Assembly (NCBI GenBank): GCA_028023455.1
Contig: JAQFVV010000009.1
Location: 13,330,001 to 13,394,000, forward strand
From: Epiperipatus broadwayi
Lineage: Eukaryota > Animalia > Onychophora
Length of the DNA stretch: 64,000 nucleotides
Reading direction: 5' to 3'
Below the pieces are notes generated by a model that worked only from the letters and a program-made list of their open reading frames with translations, was not told the origin of the DNA and did no database searches. The position numbers were made by a program, and so were the translations under genes. This document shows, piece after piece, positions 38,253 to 51,202 of the stretch. Numbering within the stretch: position 1 is the stretch's first letter; the number at the start of each line of letters is the position of its first letter.

Positions 38253-40992
38253 ATCATCATCAACCATTATCAATCAACTGCAGGATGAAGGTCTCTCCAA
38301 GTTCGGTCCATCTCCAATCTTTAGCCTCTCTTCTCCACATTACCCCTGCACACTTTCTTATTTAATCCATCCATCTCTCATGTGCTCTCTTTCTGGGTCT
38401 TTTACAATCTCTTGTAATCCAGTTTAAAATTGCAATTGTCCATCTATTATCATCTCTACTTGCAATATATCCAGCCCAACTCCACTTCAGTCTTTTAATT
38501 TTTTCAATAACACCTGTTTCTTCTCTTACCCATATGTTGCGTTTTCAATCTCTTCTTGTTACTCCTAATATACATTTCTCCATACTTCTTTGAGTGGTCT
38601 GAAGTCTCTGTACTGCTCTTCTATTAAGTGTCCAAGTCTCAGATCCATAAGTAAAAACTGGTAAAACACATTTATTAAAAACCTTCCTTTTCAAACACAT
38701 AGACATATTTCCTTTTAGTATCAAGTTATTTATACCAAAAGCACACCAAGTTTAATTCTATGATTAATTTCATCCATTATGTTTCGATCTGTATTAATAA
38801 TCTGACCAAGGTATTTGTAGCTATTAACTTCTTCTAACTGATCATAATCAATCTTTATTTTCATATTTTGAGTAAATCCATTGAACATTACTTTGGTCTT
38901 TTTAACATTTATCTTTAGTCCTACTTTCCTACTTTCATCTGCTAACTCCTGTAACATTTCCAGCAGCTCTAAAGCATTATTTGCATAACCAACTATATCA
39001 TCTGCAAAATCTAAGTGACTTAAATAATCTCCATTTACTTTCATTCCTTTAGCTTCCCATTTTAATCCACAAAATACTTTTTGCAGCACTGCTGTAAAAA
39101 GTTTAGGAGATATGGAGTCACCCTGTCTTACACTCTTCTCAATGTTGACTTTCCTAGTATCATTATATAATCTAATTGTTGCTGTTGCATTTTTATAAAT
39201 ATTCTTAAAAATATGACCAATATCCTGGATCTACACCTTGATGATCCAATGCTTTAATCACTGAAGAAATGTTTATAGAATCAAATGCCTTTTCATAAAA
39301 TCTAAAACAGAATAGCAACTCATATTCATTTGTCCTTTCTATATCTTCTCTCAATACCTGGATATGATCTACTGTACTAAAACCACTTTTAAATCCTGCT
39401 TGTTTTCTTGGTTGGTAGAAATCCAATGTTCACTGTAGAAGAGTTGTAATTATCTTGATAAAAACTTTGTATAAACTGATAAAAGGCTGATAGGTCTGTA
39501 ATTTCTAATATCTTCTTTATCACCTTTTTTAAATATTAATATTAATACTAAATTCTTCCAATCATCTAGTACATTTATATCATTTAGACATTTGGTAAAA
39601 AATTTGCTAAAAAAAAATTCTATTTCTTCAGCGGCTTCTTTTAATATATCAATTATAATTCCATCATTACCTGGAGCTTTTCCTTTCTTCATAAATTTAA
39701 TTGTGTGCCTCATTTCTTCATTTAAAATTCTGGGCAATTTGGAAAATATAATAAATATAGGAGGTACTTGTTCTTTATTACTATATAATACTTGATGAAA
39801 GTCTTCTACCCATTTCATGACATTATCTCTCTTTTTAATAATAATTCCATCTTTTTTTTCTTATTTAAGATATAAATTTTCTACCAATACCAAAATGTTG
39901 TTTTACACTCTTGAGACTTTTATTCTCTTCTACAGCTTTCCTTGTAAGTTCACAATTATACTTTCTTATATCATATTCAATTCTTTTCCACATCATTTTA
40001 CAAAATTTGAGGTATTCAATCCTTTTTAATGCATCATTTTTGTATATCTTTGTGTTCCTTCTTTTCTTCATAAATTCTCTAGTCTCAGTAGAAATTTTAT
40101 TGGTCAATTATTGCTTCTTTCTACCAGCTATCTTTGTTGCAGTTTTTAAAAGTGTATCAATTATTTTCTTATTAATTTCATTCAAATCTGAATCATGTTC
40201 AAAATACTTGAAACCAATTTGTAAGTTCTAATTTAAATTCATTAGAATGTTTCTGAAGATTAGAAATATCAACTGTAAATATTGTTTTTCTTAATAATTT
40301 TTGTCTCTCTAGTTTTACATCTTACTAATAGATGATCACTTCCTGTGTTAAATTTATTAAGAACATTACAATCTTGAAATATGTATTTTTTGTTAGTCAA
40401 AATATAATCCAATTCTGCTGTATCTTCAGTTGAATACTTCCGTGTCCATTTCCTTTTAACATTTTTCTCAAAAAAAAAATTCATAATATAAAGTTTTTCT
40501 TTTTCTGCAAACTCCACAAGTCTATGTTCTCTCTCATTTCTATTACTATAACCAAAATTACCTTTGGCAATTCCATCTTTCATTTGTTTACCAATTCTAG
40601 CATTAAAGTCTCCCATAACAATTTTAAAATGTTGTTTACTCTGATTAAAAGCCTTTTGTACATCCATATAAAAATATTCTACTACTTCATCACTATGAGA
40701 ACTTGTTGGGGCATAAACCAGAATTATCTGCATTTGGTATCTGCTATTAAGTTATATAACTAATCTTGCCACTGTTCGATACACCACCAATCTCCACAAT
40801 GTTGTTCTTCCACTTTTTATTTATAATAAATCCTACTCCACTTGTATTTCCACTATTTGTGTTTTTATAGTAGAATACATGTCCACTTATTAAATCAATT
40901 GTCTCTTCAACTTTTCTTCTAACTTCACAAAGTCCAATAATGTCCCATTTAATATTGAAACAGACAGATCGAAGAACCGATCTTAGTTTCAT
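38253..40992 (-). mobile_element. RTE-clade LINE (APE endonuclease plus RT), near full ORF, defective
   Basis: ORF-track fragments: WDIIGLCEVRR; VYAPTS, MGDFNARIG, LDYIL, GSDH; KAPGNDG, LIFKKGD..NYRPISLLS; QAGFKSGFSTVDHI, YEKAFDSI; HLDFADD, YKYLGQ. 3' tail (GAT)n at 38253-38262. Confidence 0.95.
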
Positions 40993-42399
40993 GTGTTCTT
41001 TGAAGTACGGTAATTCGAACTACTATTTGCCCGCAATGAGATTTTTTCTATTTCAAGTCACATAAAAATTGGGATATATTTTATGTTTTGTAAAAAGATA
41101 TGTAAAGATTCCGTGTATAAATATCACAAATCATGAAATAATATTCGTGTGTGCGTGGTTTGTGAATTTATAGCAGCTTAATTTAAAAGCAGCTTAATTT
41201 AAAAGTTTCATTGCGGGTGTATTTGTTTAAATTTTAACTTTTTAGAATTATACAAAGTCGTTTAAAAATACTGATCAAAAGTCACATTCCTTTGATCAGT
41301 GTTTTTAATTAAAATCTGTCTTGTACAAAGGTATAGAGTAATTAATTTGTATTTGAAAATTAGATAAGGAATGTATATTTTGTAATTACTTGGTCAATTT
41401 AAAAATTGTGTATTAAAGTTAAAGATAGCTGAAAATGGAACAATGGAAATGGATAATTGATATTGTATGGTCAAGTTGGATTGCTGGAGGCTAGAGAAAA
41501 GTAGGCGGAGTCTCAAACAAAAACCAGGCAGAAAGGTCAGCCGGGGCCATCTTGGAGAAAAAACTAGGATTCTAACTTTTGAGGTGGCTGAGAGTAGATC
41601 GTCTCAAAACAGCACAGCAGTTGCTAGAAAAATCGCTACAACTTTTATTAAGAAGTCCACCAGTAAACCGTAATGTCGATGGGCTAAGTGCCAGGAGCTG
41701 ATCTCTGTCCTGCCAATTTGAATCTTCGTGCCGCTGTCTGATCATGCTTTACGTGCTTCAAAATTTCCAGCTTCCAATCTCCAAATTGACTATGCCTTTC
41801 AAGTAAATTTCAAATGCGCGCCTACGTTCATCAGAAATACCATCGTGAGAAGCCAAGCCGGATGAAGAAAGAAGGGTAACTGTGTTACATGAACTTTTAA
41901 CTTTCTCCCGAGCTTAATGTTATAGTTAATCTGTCAATCAAATTAATCATATGTAAGTTTTGTTTCTTTTATAATGCTACTTTTTAAAACCTGTCAGTAA
42001 AATTTTCTTTTCTCTTTTTCCTCCGCTCTAGTCTTTAGAAGATAATTTATAAATATTGTACCTAATAATAATAATTCAAATGAATACATTTATATGTTTT
42101 TTTGTAACTTATTCTATAAACAAACGATGCCAATAGAAATATTTCCCAACTCTGTTTAAAGTTAGTTTATAATATTGATTATAGTTATTTTAAAAGTAAG
42201 TTCGTTTTTTTTTTAATTAAAGATTATTTCATATATTGAGTTGGCAGATATTAAATCACTTTATTATTCTCCTTTATTTTGTCATACTATTGTAACCTAT
42301 CTTTCAATCTTAAATATGTAAAATGGTTTTAAAGTTTTATCATCTTGTTGCCTACATGAAATGAGAAATAATTCTCAGTGTATAATTTGTTACTATCGC

Positions 42400-42520
42400 T
42401 ACCGCCTGAACAACCTGAGGGGTTAGGGGTTTCAGAGTAAACTTACTTAATCGTTGCTTTCGCGGTCAGTTTGATTCCGCCATGTTTTATTGGAATAGTT
42501 ATATCAGCCTGTTGCGTAGA
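42400..42520. promoter_or_regulatory. Candidate Pol II core promoter
   Basis: CpG-rich segment with an Inr-like TCAGTT (42466-42471, +) followed by the YY1/Pho-type CCGCCATGTTT (42477-42487). A consensus GTAAGT donor lies on the minus strand at 42446-42441. Motifs are short, so this is only a candidate. Confidence 0.35.
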
Positions 42521-42549
42521 AATAGATGAATAGATTATCTAGGTTTTGT

Positions 42550-42910
42550 GTAATTCCATTTCAAGTCCACTTCAAGCACTCGTCCTCGATGACTGTGGCA
42601 ATGCCTTTCCTTCGCCGAAGTTGGCGTCTCGCCGTACTACCATATGGGAAAGAAAGCAATTCTTTTCCAGGTAATCTCTTGGATCACCGGGTTTCGAAAT
42701 GATCCCGGCTGGTTGTAGTGTCCCGGATCTACTTGGGGGCATTAAGCCTTGTCAAAGTACAAGCCGCCTGGTATTCCGTTGATGCACCGCAAGTGATTAC
42801 TGTAGGGCTCCTTAATCTAGGCAACCACTAGTACATCAATCTTAGATATCATATTTATGCGAAGCCACCTCCAACTATTCGTATACGCAACGGCTCGAAT
42901 CTATTCGAAT
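42550..42910 (-). mobile_element. Decayed R1/LOA-type non-LTR APE endonuclease fragment
   Basis: Minus strand reads KIDVLVVA*IKEPY (IDVxLxQEPY motif) and later HMVVRRDAN (GDxN-like). The flanks at 41450-41900 and 42950-43500 may belong to the same element, but I cannot assign domains there. Confidence 0.5.
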
Positions 42911-43849
42911 AAAATAACTTAATAAAAATAGTAGATAAATATTTTCAATGCCAAATACTCTGATTCCTTTAGCCACCCGTCAATCATTTAACTACACCGA
43001 TATTGGCATGAGTTTGTTTACCAGGTAAAATGATTACTAAAGACTAGTAGCCAATCATAATAGAATATTTATGGAAGTCTTACCGTACTTTTGAATAATG
43101 TTTGTTAATGCTTTCTATTTATTATTAAACAATTTATTTAATCTAATTTTGTGTCTCCCACCTCATTACTCTCGAAGTCTATTTAGTCACCTACTGTCTG
43201 TATTGGCAACTTAAATATATACATTACATTAATGACCGTACCAATATCCAGAGTATAATAGATCTATATATAATTAACTGTAAGTAATTTAGTCTGTGTT
43301 CCGAGTTGAGCTAGTAAAGGGATAACCCCGTGCTGTTATAAAGTCATCATCGGTTGGTCATACCGGGGTTTGGGTTTGAATTTAGTTGGCGTTTTGGAAT
43401 TTATTCTTAAACGTGGACTGGGTTTGAACTCGGGTACTGTGTATGATTAAGCGTGGTGGATTTATACCGGTACAATATAAGACAGTTCTTCTAATTCTTG
43501 CAATCTTCCTTCACTTGAAAGTGATCTGCAGTTGTAAGTACATAAATAAAAGGTCATCATCAAATGATAACCTGGGTCCACAATCAGGGGATTCTTAGCA
43601 CCCTCCACCTTCGGCCACCAATTGCTGCCTTGGTTGGTGACTTTACAGCCTCCTGGGAATAAGGACCATGATTTATTTTTGTTTGTTATGATTCTATATA
43701 TCTAATGGAATAATATTTATCATATACATATATATTCATTCTGCCTTATCAGGCAACTGAGAAGAAAGACCATGGTGATTCTTGATCTTAAACTCAGAGG
43801 TAAAAAGCCAATAAACTCATCATGCTGACTAATGTGTGTTGGTGAGCAA

Positions 43850-45300
43850 CCCATTCTGATATTGAAAGCAAAGTTATTTCACCAAAATGATACAATTATT
43901 AAAAGAGAAAACATTAGAAAATGTGTTGAAGATTTCTGCTAAGAATTATACTGTAGTAATAATAATAAAAAGTAACCCATATGAATACAAGCATCTTGAA
44001 TGAACAAGTAAGATGTGCAATTAAATCTGTTAAGAAAAGTTAAGCTACCAACAATAGAAGGAATTATTGTTGATATCTTAAAGGAAGCAGCTGGAGAGAT
44101 AGAAAAATTGTTAGCAAAACTATAAACAAAGAATGCATTTCAAATTATAGATCTATCAGTCTTTTATTAATTCCATACAATGTCTTTATTAAAATAATTA
44201 CAATTTGTCTGCAATAAATATTGAACTTGAATACCAATCAAAAAGCACTTTAGATAGAAAAGTTTTAGCATAATAGATCTCCATCCAAGTTTTATTAAAA
44301 GTAATAGAAAGAACTAATGAGAATGAGTTCTTATTGAGTAGATTATGAAAAGGTATTTAATTGTAAGAATTTTCAAAGTAATTAAAGCTTTCAATCAAGA
44401 CATAGACCCAGGAGATTACTATATTATGAAGAATATTTATCAAAATGCAACAGCAGTGGTAATATTACATGTAACACTAAGAAAATCATATCAAATTGAT
44501 CAATATTTCCAAAACCTTTTACAGCAGTTTTACAAGTATTTTGTGGGTTAATATGTGAAACTTAAGATAATAAAACTAAAAGAAAATTATTTTGAATAAT
44601 ACAGATTCTGCATTTGGCAAATAATGCTTTGATACTATAGGAAACAATATAAAATCTATTAGATGAAAGCTAGAAAGTAGGACTAAAGATAAATGCTACA
44701 ATGAGCAAAGTAATATTCAATGGCTTTTCATACAAGGAGGGAATAAAAATTGAATTAGAAGAAGTTATCAAGAATAAATATTTTACTTAGATTATTAAAA
44801 CAGATGGAGAAGTAATGGATGAAATTAATCACAAGATTAAGATAGGATAATATTTTTGGTAGAAATAATTTAATATTAAAAACAAATGTGTCTATGTGTT
44901 TAAAAATAAGGTTTTTAATAGATGAATTTTACCAATTCTTATATATATAAGTCTAAGAATTAGACGCTTAACAGAAAAGCAATCCAAAAAATTTCAGACC
45001 ATATAATTGAAGTATGGAGATGTGTATGTTAGTAATACAAAAGAATTGAAGACTAAATAAATACATCATTAAAAAAAATTGAAATGCAGCTGGACTATCA
45101 TATTACTAAATAAAAGCATAATAGATGGACAATTGAAGTCTTAAACTGGATCACAGGAAATTGTAAAAATCTAAGCAACCATATATAAATTGAATGGATA
45201 AACTTTACTGAAGTGATATGGATATGAGAAGTTATGGATCCAAAAAAAAACGATTCAATTTGGAGAGACCTTCATCTGGATGAAAATGATAATGAATATA
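43850..45300 (+). mobile_element. Older, deleted RTE LINE remnant
   Basis: Inverted similarity to 38.3-39.9 kb (IIVDILKEAA, YRSISL, VIKAFNQDIDP, KVGLKIN regions), ending GGAGAGACCTTCATCTGGATGAAAATGATAATGA. Confidence 0.85.
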
Positions 45301-45369
45301 TTATATCAGTACTAATTTAAATCTTATCTATGTGCATAATGTGTATATGTATACACACATATATAATAT

Positions 45370-45742
45370 ATTTCAATATGAGACCATTCAAAGAAGTATT
45401 GAGAGATGCATGTTGGGAGAAATAAGAAGAGATCGAAAATGCAATATATGGGTAAGAGAACAAACAGGTGTTACTGATCTCATTGAAAAAATTAAAATAC
45501 CAAGTGGAGTTGGGTTGGACATATTGCTAGAAGAGATGATAATAGATGGACAATTGAAATCTTAAACTGGATTCCAAAAGATTGTAAAAGACACAGAAAG
45601 AGACCACATGTGAGATGGATGAATGAAATAAAAAAGTGTGCAGAAGTGATGTGAAGAAGAGAAGCTAAAGATCGGAGATGGATTGAACTTGGAGAAACCT
45701 TCATCCTGCAGTGGATAGATAATGGTTGGTGATGATGATGAT
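45370..45742 (+). mobile_element. Younger 5'-truncated RTE 3' end with (GAT)n tail
   Basis: High similarity to the reverse complement of 38253-38620. Ends GGAGAAACCTTCATCCTGCAGTGGATAGATAATGGTTGGTGATGATGATGAT. Confidence 0.9.
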
Positions 45743-48568
45743 ATATGAAGAATAAAAATCTACAAGGCAGCTAATATAAAAAAAAGTTATCTAATTTATT
45801 TTCTTTCTCATATAATTTTTTTTAAAAAATACATAATATAAACAGCTATTTCTGTCATTTCAACAAAGCCAAATAGCACTCAATTAATATTGAATTCATA
45901 ATTATTTTTTTATAATTTACAAACTAATGACGGCAAAGAGGAAAGAATAAAAGGTTTTCATTCATATTGCAATTTTCTTTTCAATGAAACTTGCAATGTG
46001 ATTTTTTTTAAAAATATTCTTTTTTTGTTTATCATCATCACAAATAAACCAGCTCACCTCCTGTGTAATAACTTTGGACAAAACATATGCTAATATACAA
46101 CCAGCAGGGTATATTCCTCTATAAAATAACATATTTTAAAAAACAAATTCATCTCTCCCTGCTGAAAATACAGATTACAAGATCCTCGCCTCTGTGACTG
46201 GATAAAACCAAAATCATGTAAGAAAAGATGAAAAAATGAGAAGTTGAAAAAGAGAGAAAAAAATCGATAGACAAATTACAAGAGTTTCATTGCAAAGCAC
46301 AAACTCTTCCAAACACGCCAATTCATAAGACTTTCTGAAAGTCATTGAAAGCAAAATCAATAATAAAGTGTATGTATGTATATAAATATGCTCATATATA
46401 TATAACACAGCTATAATTAGATAATTGCATGGGCATCTTTCCTACAAAAAAAAAAGACAATGAAAAATATATCCATCAATTGTTGGTCGGTGAAACTTTT
46501 ATTTCATGTCAATTTACCAATCAATAATAACTGGATATTTTAGTTATCTGCAAAAAAATTCTAAATTTACTTGGAAATCCTCACTATCTAAAAAAGTTTA
46601 AATTTCTACTTAGATTCAAATCCCAGGTTGTGATAAATACATTAAACATTATGCTAAGAAATCCTTTATATATATATTGGGAATTTTATTCTTTGATTAT
46701 TCTCTTGATTTTGAATCTGATTTCCTCAGCACACAGGCACACACTGCATTATTATTTTAGCAACTTTTATCTATGATAAACTTCATTGTTTACTCCACTC
46801 AAATAACTTCATATTTCACAAGCCTTCATTCAATACACTTTCAAACAAAATAGCAAACAAGAAATCTGTTGTAAATGCATTTTGCTATCTAGTATCTGTA
46901 GACTCTCCTGATAATATATGTGTAGTACAGACCTGAAGCAAAAAAGTTTATTCCATTTCTTTTTTTTTTTCATATAAATTTTTAAAAATTATAACTATTA
47001 CTACAAAAAGCTATTATGCTACAAGCAATTTTTATAAATGCATCTTTGTATGTTAAATTCTCTATCTGAAGACATATTGAGATTACTAGACAACAAAATA
47101 CTATGATTAAGCAATAATGCTAGATAATCAGTAATAGCATCAGTGACTCTGTGATAGTCAACACTTTAATATAATTAATTCCAATATTTCAACTGCAATG
47201 CTATGAATGTACTTTAATAAACTTACTAGGGAACAGAGGAAAACCAGTAATAATAAAATATGATTTAATTACTATATTAATACAATTAAGCAAGGATATC
47301 TACTTTAATTTCTTGTTACATAACACACCATCATCAAAAATGGAAAGAAATTTAATCTAGTACACTTTTATTTCATATAACATTGAAAAGGGCTTAAAAT
47401 ATTTCGTAAAAAAAGTTTTTTTGTATTATTGTTACAATAAATATATAGAATTATTGCTTTATATAATGATTATTTTATATGATTACATATATTCTTAATA
47501 TTTTATTTACATCTGCAAATGCTTATGCAAAAACAACCAAAAAGATATTTAAATGTAAACAAAAATTCAAAAAAAAAAATTCTGTTCTATAACAAAAAAA
47601 TTGCAATAAACATTTTTATTTGAAAACATAATTTTAAAATTCTAGCCTAGCTAATGTATTAACATAATTTTATTCTGTGATACATTATAGCAAACTGCAT
47701 ATAATATTTATACAACATAATGATAGAAATTCATGCATATCATGATAGTTTTGAATTAGTGTATGGCGAAAACTCTGCTATCATATTAATTAAATTATTA
47801 TTTTTTAACATTTTGGGTTTTGCTTTTTGCAAATCCTCTTCTCATTAAATGTATTACAAAACAAAAAAATATTTAATATGTATGCAAATATATAAATCCC
47901 AATGTATTAGTTTTTTAAGTTTTATTAACTTTGTTATTGGTGAAAACATCCTTTAAAGCATGTGGTATGTTCTGTGGAGAAGAGCCTGAAAGGTGGAGAT
48001 ATTCAGCAACAAAAAATGTTTGATTCATGTTGGCCACTATTTAATATATACATTGTAACATATCTAAGCTTAATAATAGGTATAATTTAAATTTTTTATT
48101 AGCTTATTTCAAGTGTAATATTAATAAAATTGAATACCTTATGAATTTGTCATGAAAATTTATCATATTGTTGTATGTAACCACTAAACATCACATGATC
48201 ACTATCTCATACTAGCACAATAATTGTTATTAAACAATTCAAAATACAGCAAAACTCTCCATATAGTAGTATTTTGAATTGTTTAATAACAATTATTGTG
48301 CTAGTATGAGATAGTGATCATGTGATGTTTAGCGGTTTAACACCAATCCTGCCTAATAGGATAGTGGTGGCTATGGTTGTTAAAGAGCCAAAGACACCAA
48401 AATGTATGGGTACTGAATTGAGTTCAGACCCATATGACTATATAAGCTATTGAGCTTGAATTGAAAATATTAATGGTGTTTTCAATTTCATTCTCATAGT
48501 TTTGTAGTTAAATAGAGAGGGTTGCATTAGATCCTAAGATCTATGTGCAGTGCTCTCAGATCCAAGGC

Positions 48569-48610
48569 TCTTCACTGATGAAGGCCACAAGCCAGAAACT
48601 AGTCTGGGGA
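48569..48610 (+). ncRNA. Type I hammerhead ribozyme motif, unit 1
   Basis: TCTTCA-CTGATGA-A-GGC CACAA GCC-A-GAAA-C TA G-TC-TGGGGA: canonical core, palindromic stem III ACTAGT, GUC triplet (predicted cleavage after 48604), and stem I extended by ATCCAA/TTGGAT. The base of stem II is an A.A mismatch. Confidence 0.75.
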
Positions 48611-49022
48611 TATTGGATGAGTAGGCACTAGATAGGGATTTTATGCACAAGCATTGATTGCTCTTGTTAGCTCAAGATGGCACTACTATATGGAGAGTTT
48701 TGCTGTATTTTGAATTGTTTAATAACAATTGTTGTGCTAGTATGAGATAGTGATCATGTGATGTTTAGTGGTTTAACACCAATCCTGCCTAATAGGATAG
48801 TGGTGGCTATGGTTGTTAAAGAGCCAAAGACACCAAAATGTATGGGTACTGAATTGAGTTCAGACCCATATGACTATATAAGCTATTGAGCTTGGATTGA
48901 AAATATTAATGGTGTTTTCAATTTCATTCTCATAGTTTTGTGGTTAAATAGAGTTAAAAGGTGGGTGCTGGAGGGTTGCATTAGATCCTAAGATCTAGGT
49001 GCAGTGCTCTCAGATCCAAGGC

Positions 49023-49064
49023 TCTTCACTGATGAAGGCCACAAGCCAGAAACTAGTCTGGGGA
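49023..49064 (+). ncRNA. Type I hammerhead ribozyme motif, unit 2
   Basis: Identical motif to 48569-48610; predicted cleavage after 49058. Confidence 0.75.
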
Positions 49065-49516
49065 TATTGGATGAGTATGCACTAGATAGGGATTTTATGC
49101 ACAAGCCTTCTGGCATCCATTGATTGCTCTTGTTAGCACAAGATGGCACTACTATATGGAGAGTTTTGCTGTATTTTGAATTGTTGTATATAATAACTTT
49201 TTGCATTTTTGAAATTATTAGCATTAAAATTTTAGTTTCACAGTAAAAATGATATTAAAAATTAATATTTTTATTTAAGCACATATATTGTATTAGAAGT
49301 TAATAACATTTAATACATTATAAGACAAATAATATTTTATGTGTATAAGAATGATTTTATGTAACATAAATAATAGGTCAATTTTGTATTTAAATTATAT
49401 AATATATATTTGAAATCAATATTAAAATAAATAAAACTTTAGTTTATTATTCTGAATGTATATGTGTAGATGTATATTTATTCTAGTCTATTTTAAATGT
49501 AAAAACATTTTTAAAA

Positions 49517-49615
49517 ATGTTAGTGGCCTAGCGGTTAACAGAGCTGCCTTCCAAGCAACAGGCCCGAGTTCGCTTCCTGGTCAACACTATGACATATATA
49601 TATAAAAAAAAAAAT
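49517..49615 (+). mobile_element. tRNA-Gly(TCC)-derived short SINE or tRNA pseudogene
   Basis: ATGTTAGTGGCCTAGCGGTTAACAGAGCTGCCTTCCAAGCAACAGGCCCGAGTTCGCTTCCTGGTCAACAC: anticodon loop CTTCCAA, A and B boxes present, stems mismatched. Tail ATGACAT(AT)n(A)n is similar to the 37.1 kb copy. Confidence 0.8.
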
Positions 49616-51080
49616 TTAATATGTCAATTTTGTCTAATATTTATTTATTAAAGAGATCATTTAAATATAATGCTAAATAAATAAATAAAAATTTTCATTT
49701 TGATATATAATTTCTGTATTTTAAATTTATAACACTATAATTTTATTTTAAAAATATTTACTTAATATTATAAATTGTAAATAATTATGTAATTTAAAAT
49801 ATTTTTAATTTTAAAGAATGCTATGATATTTAAAAGGACATTTTAGCATGAAAAATGTGTGGTTATGTAAGCTTTAAGCAATAGAAATCTGCCTCAAGGA
49901 TAAATCAGACAAAGATATGAGTGAAAAAGGAATTTTAGTGCATTACTATTATAAAAATAGTGTTTGATCCGATGATCCATATGGATTGGAATAAAAAATT
50001 ATAAATATGACTGCATTTTTCATATACTTGCATTTGTTTATCTATTCATTCATTTATCCATTCATTCATTCTTATGCTATTTTAACATTATGTGGAAGAA
50101 ATAAATGATGGGCTAAAGAAATTAAAAATATTTGGCTAAGAAGGCAATAGTTTTGTCAATTGCCTTAGTATCCTATCAAATACAGAACATCATTCAGGAT
50201 AAAAAAGCATTAAATTTTGGGGAATGAAGAATGCTAAGAAATTAATTTCTTTCAAAGTTCATAAAAAAACCCTGATGAATTATATCATTTTATAATTTAA
50301 ATATTATGAAAGGAAAAAATACGATACTTAAAAGACAAGCAACTTATTTACTGACTGTGCTAAAGAACATTCTTGAAAAATATTGCTTATTGCCAGATTC
50401 CTTGAAATCACTGAGGAAATTGAACAGAAAACTATAGACCATTTCAAAGACCAATCTGCTATTCAATTTTCTCTTTAATTGTTTCTTTAAAACACTGCAT
50501 CTATATCATGGAATAACTCTGGGATAACAAATCAATAAATTTAAGATTCAACATACTTTACATACCTAAAATCTAGTTTCAGAAATAGTTCAAATGGGAA
50601 ACTAAAAGATGAAAATGAAACATTTTCCCATATGTTACAAGAAATACTTTTTTTTTCTTTTTAAAAATTAATATAAAAAGAAAATTTCTGTTCTTCAGTG
50701 ATATTGTTAAAATGATTTTATTTGAATAAAGAAAGGAAACATTATACTTGGAATATTGTTTTATTTTTTTTTTTTTAAAAAAAAAAAAAAGGTAAAAGTA
50801 AACCTCCTTACAATCTTCATTTAGATTTCGGGTCATTTATGATGGGGGGGGGGGGGCTAAGGGGAAGTTTAGAAGATTTTACATTATCTATCTATATCAT
50901 GGCTACCAAATTATCTGGTCTATACAAAGCAGCAATGCCTATTTTTAATTTTGAAAAGTAAAAAAAACTATTGGCCAGTGAGGACCTAAAAAAAAGAAGA
51001 AATGTTTCATTTTAACCTTTTTTAAAATTTGCTGTTGTTTCAAAGCCAGCCTGATCATTTTTATTTGTATTGTTTTTTTT

Positions 51081-51202
51081 AAAGTTGAGAACACTCACAA
51101 CTGACCATCCCTCCCTCCCAACTTTTAACAAACCAAATAAAAAAGAAATTTTAAAAAGTCGAGAACACTTACAATTGACCATACGTCCTTTCCAACTTTT
51201 TA
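51081..51202. repeat. Two-copy tandem, period about 74 bp
   Basis: AAAGTYGAGAACACTYACAAYTGACCAT...CCAACTTTT at 51081 and about 51155. Confidence 0.75.

Larger units (their letters stand above)
48177..49179 (+). mobile_element. Non-coding retrozyme-like or Penelope-pLTR-derived element: 5' inversion plus two tandem units
   Basis: Unit starts GTATTTTGAATTG at 48269, 48705 and 49171 (436 and 466 bp). 48179-48270 is an inverted copy of 48682-48773. 10-bp TSD ATTGTTGTAT at 48167-48176 and 49180-49189. No ORF of recognisable homology. Confidence 0.9.

Noticed and set aside
41800-41845. Minus-strand CTGATGA...GAAA
   Set aside because: The intervening sequence does not form stem II, and there is no stem I.
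49517-49588. Functional tRNA-Gly gene (also 37067-37146)
   Set aside because: The acceptor and T stems are mismatched, the 37 kb copy has an altered anticodon and an insertion, and both end in SINE-like A tails rather than a T-run terminator.
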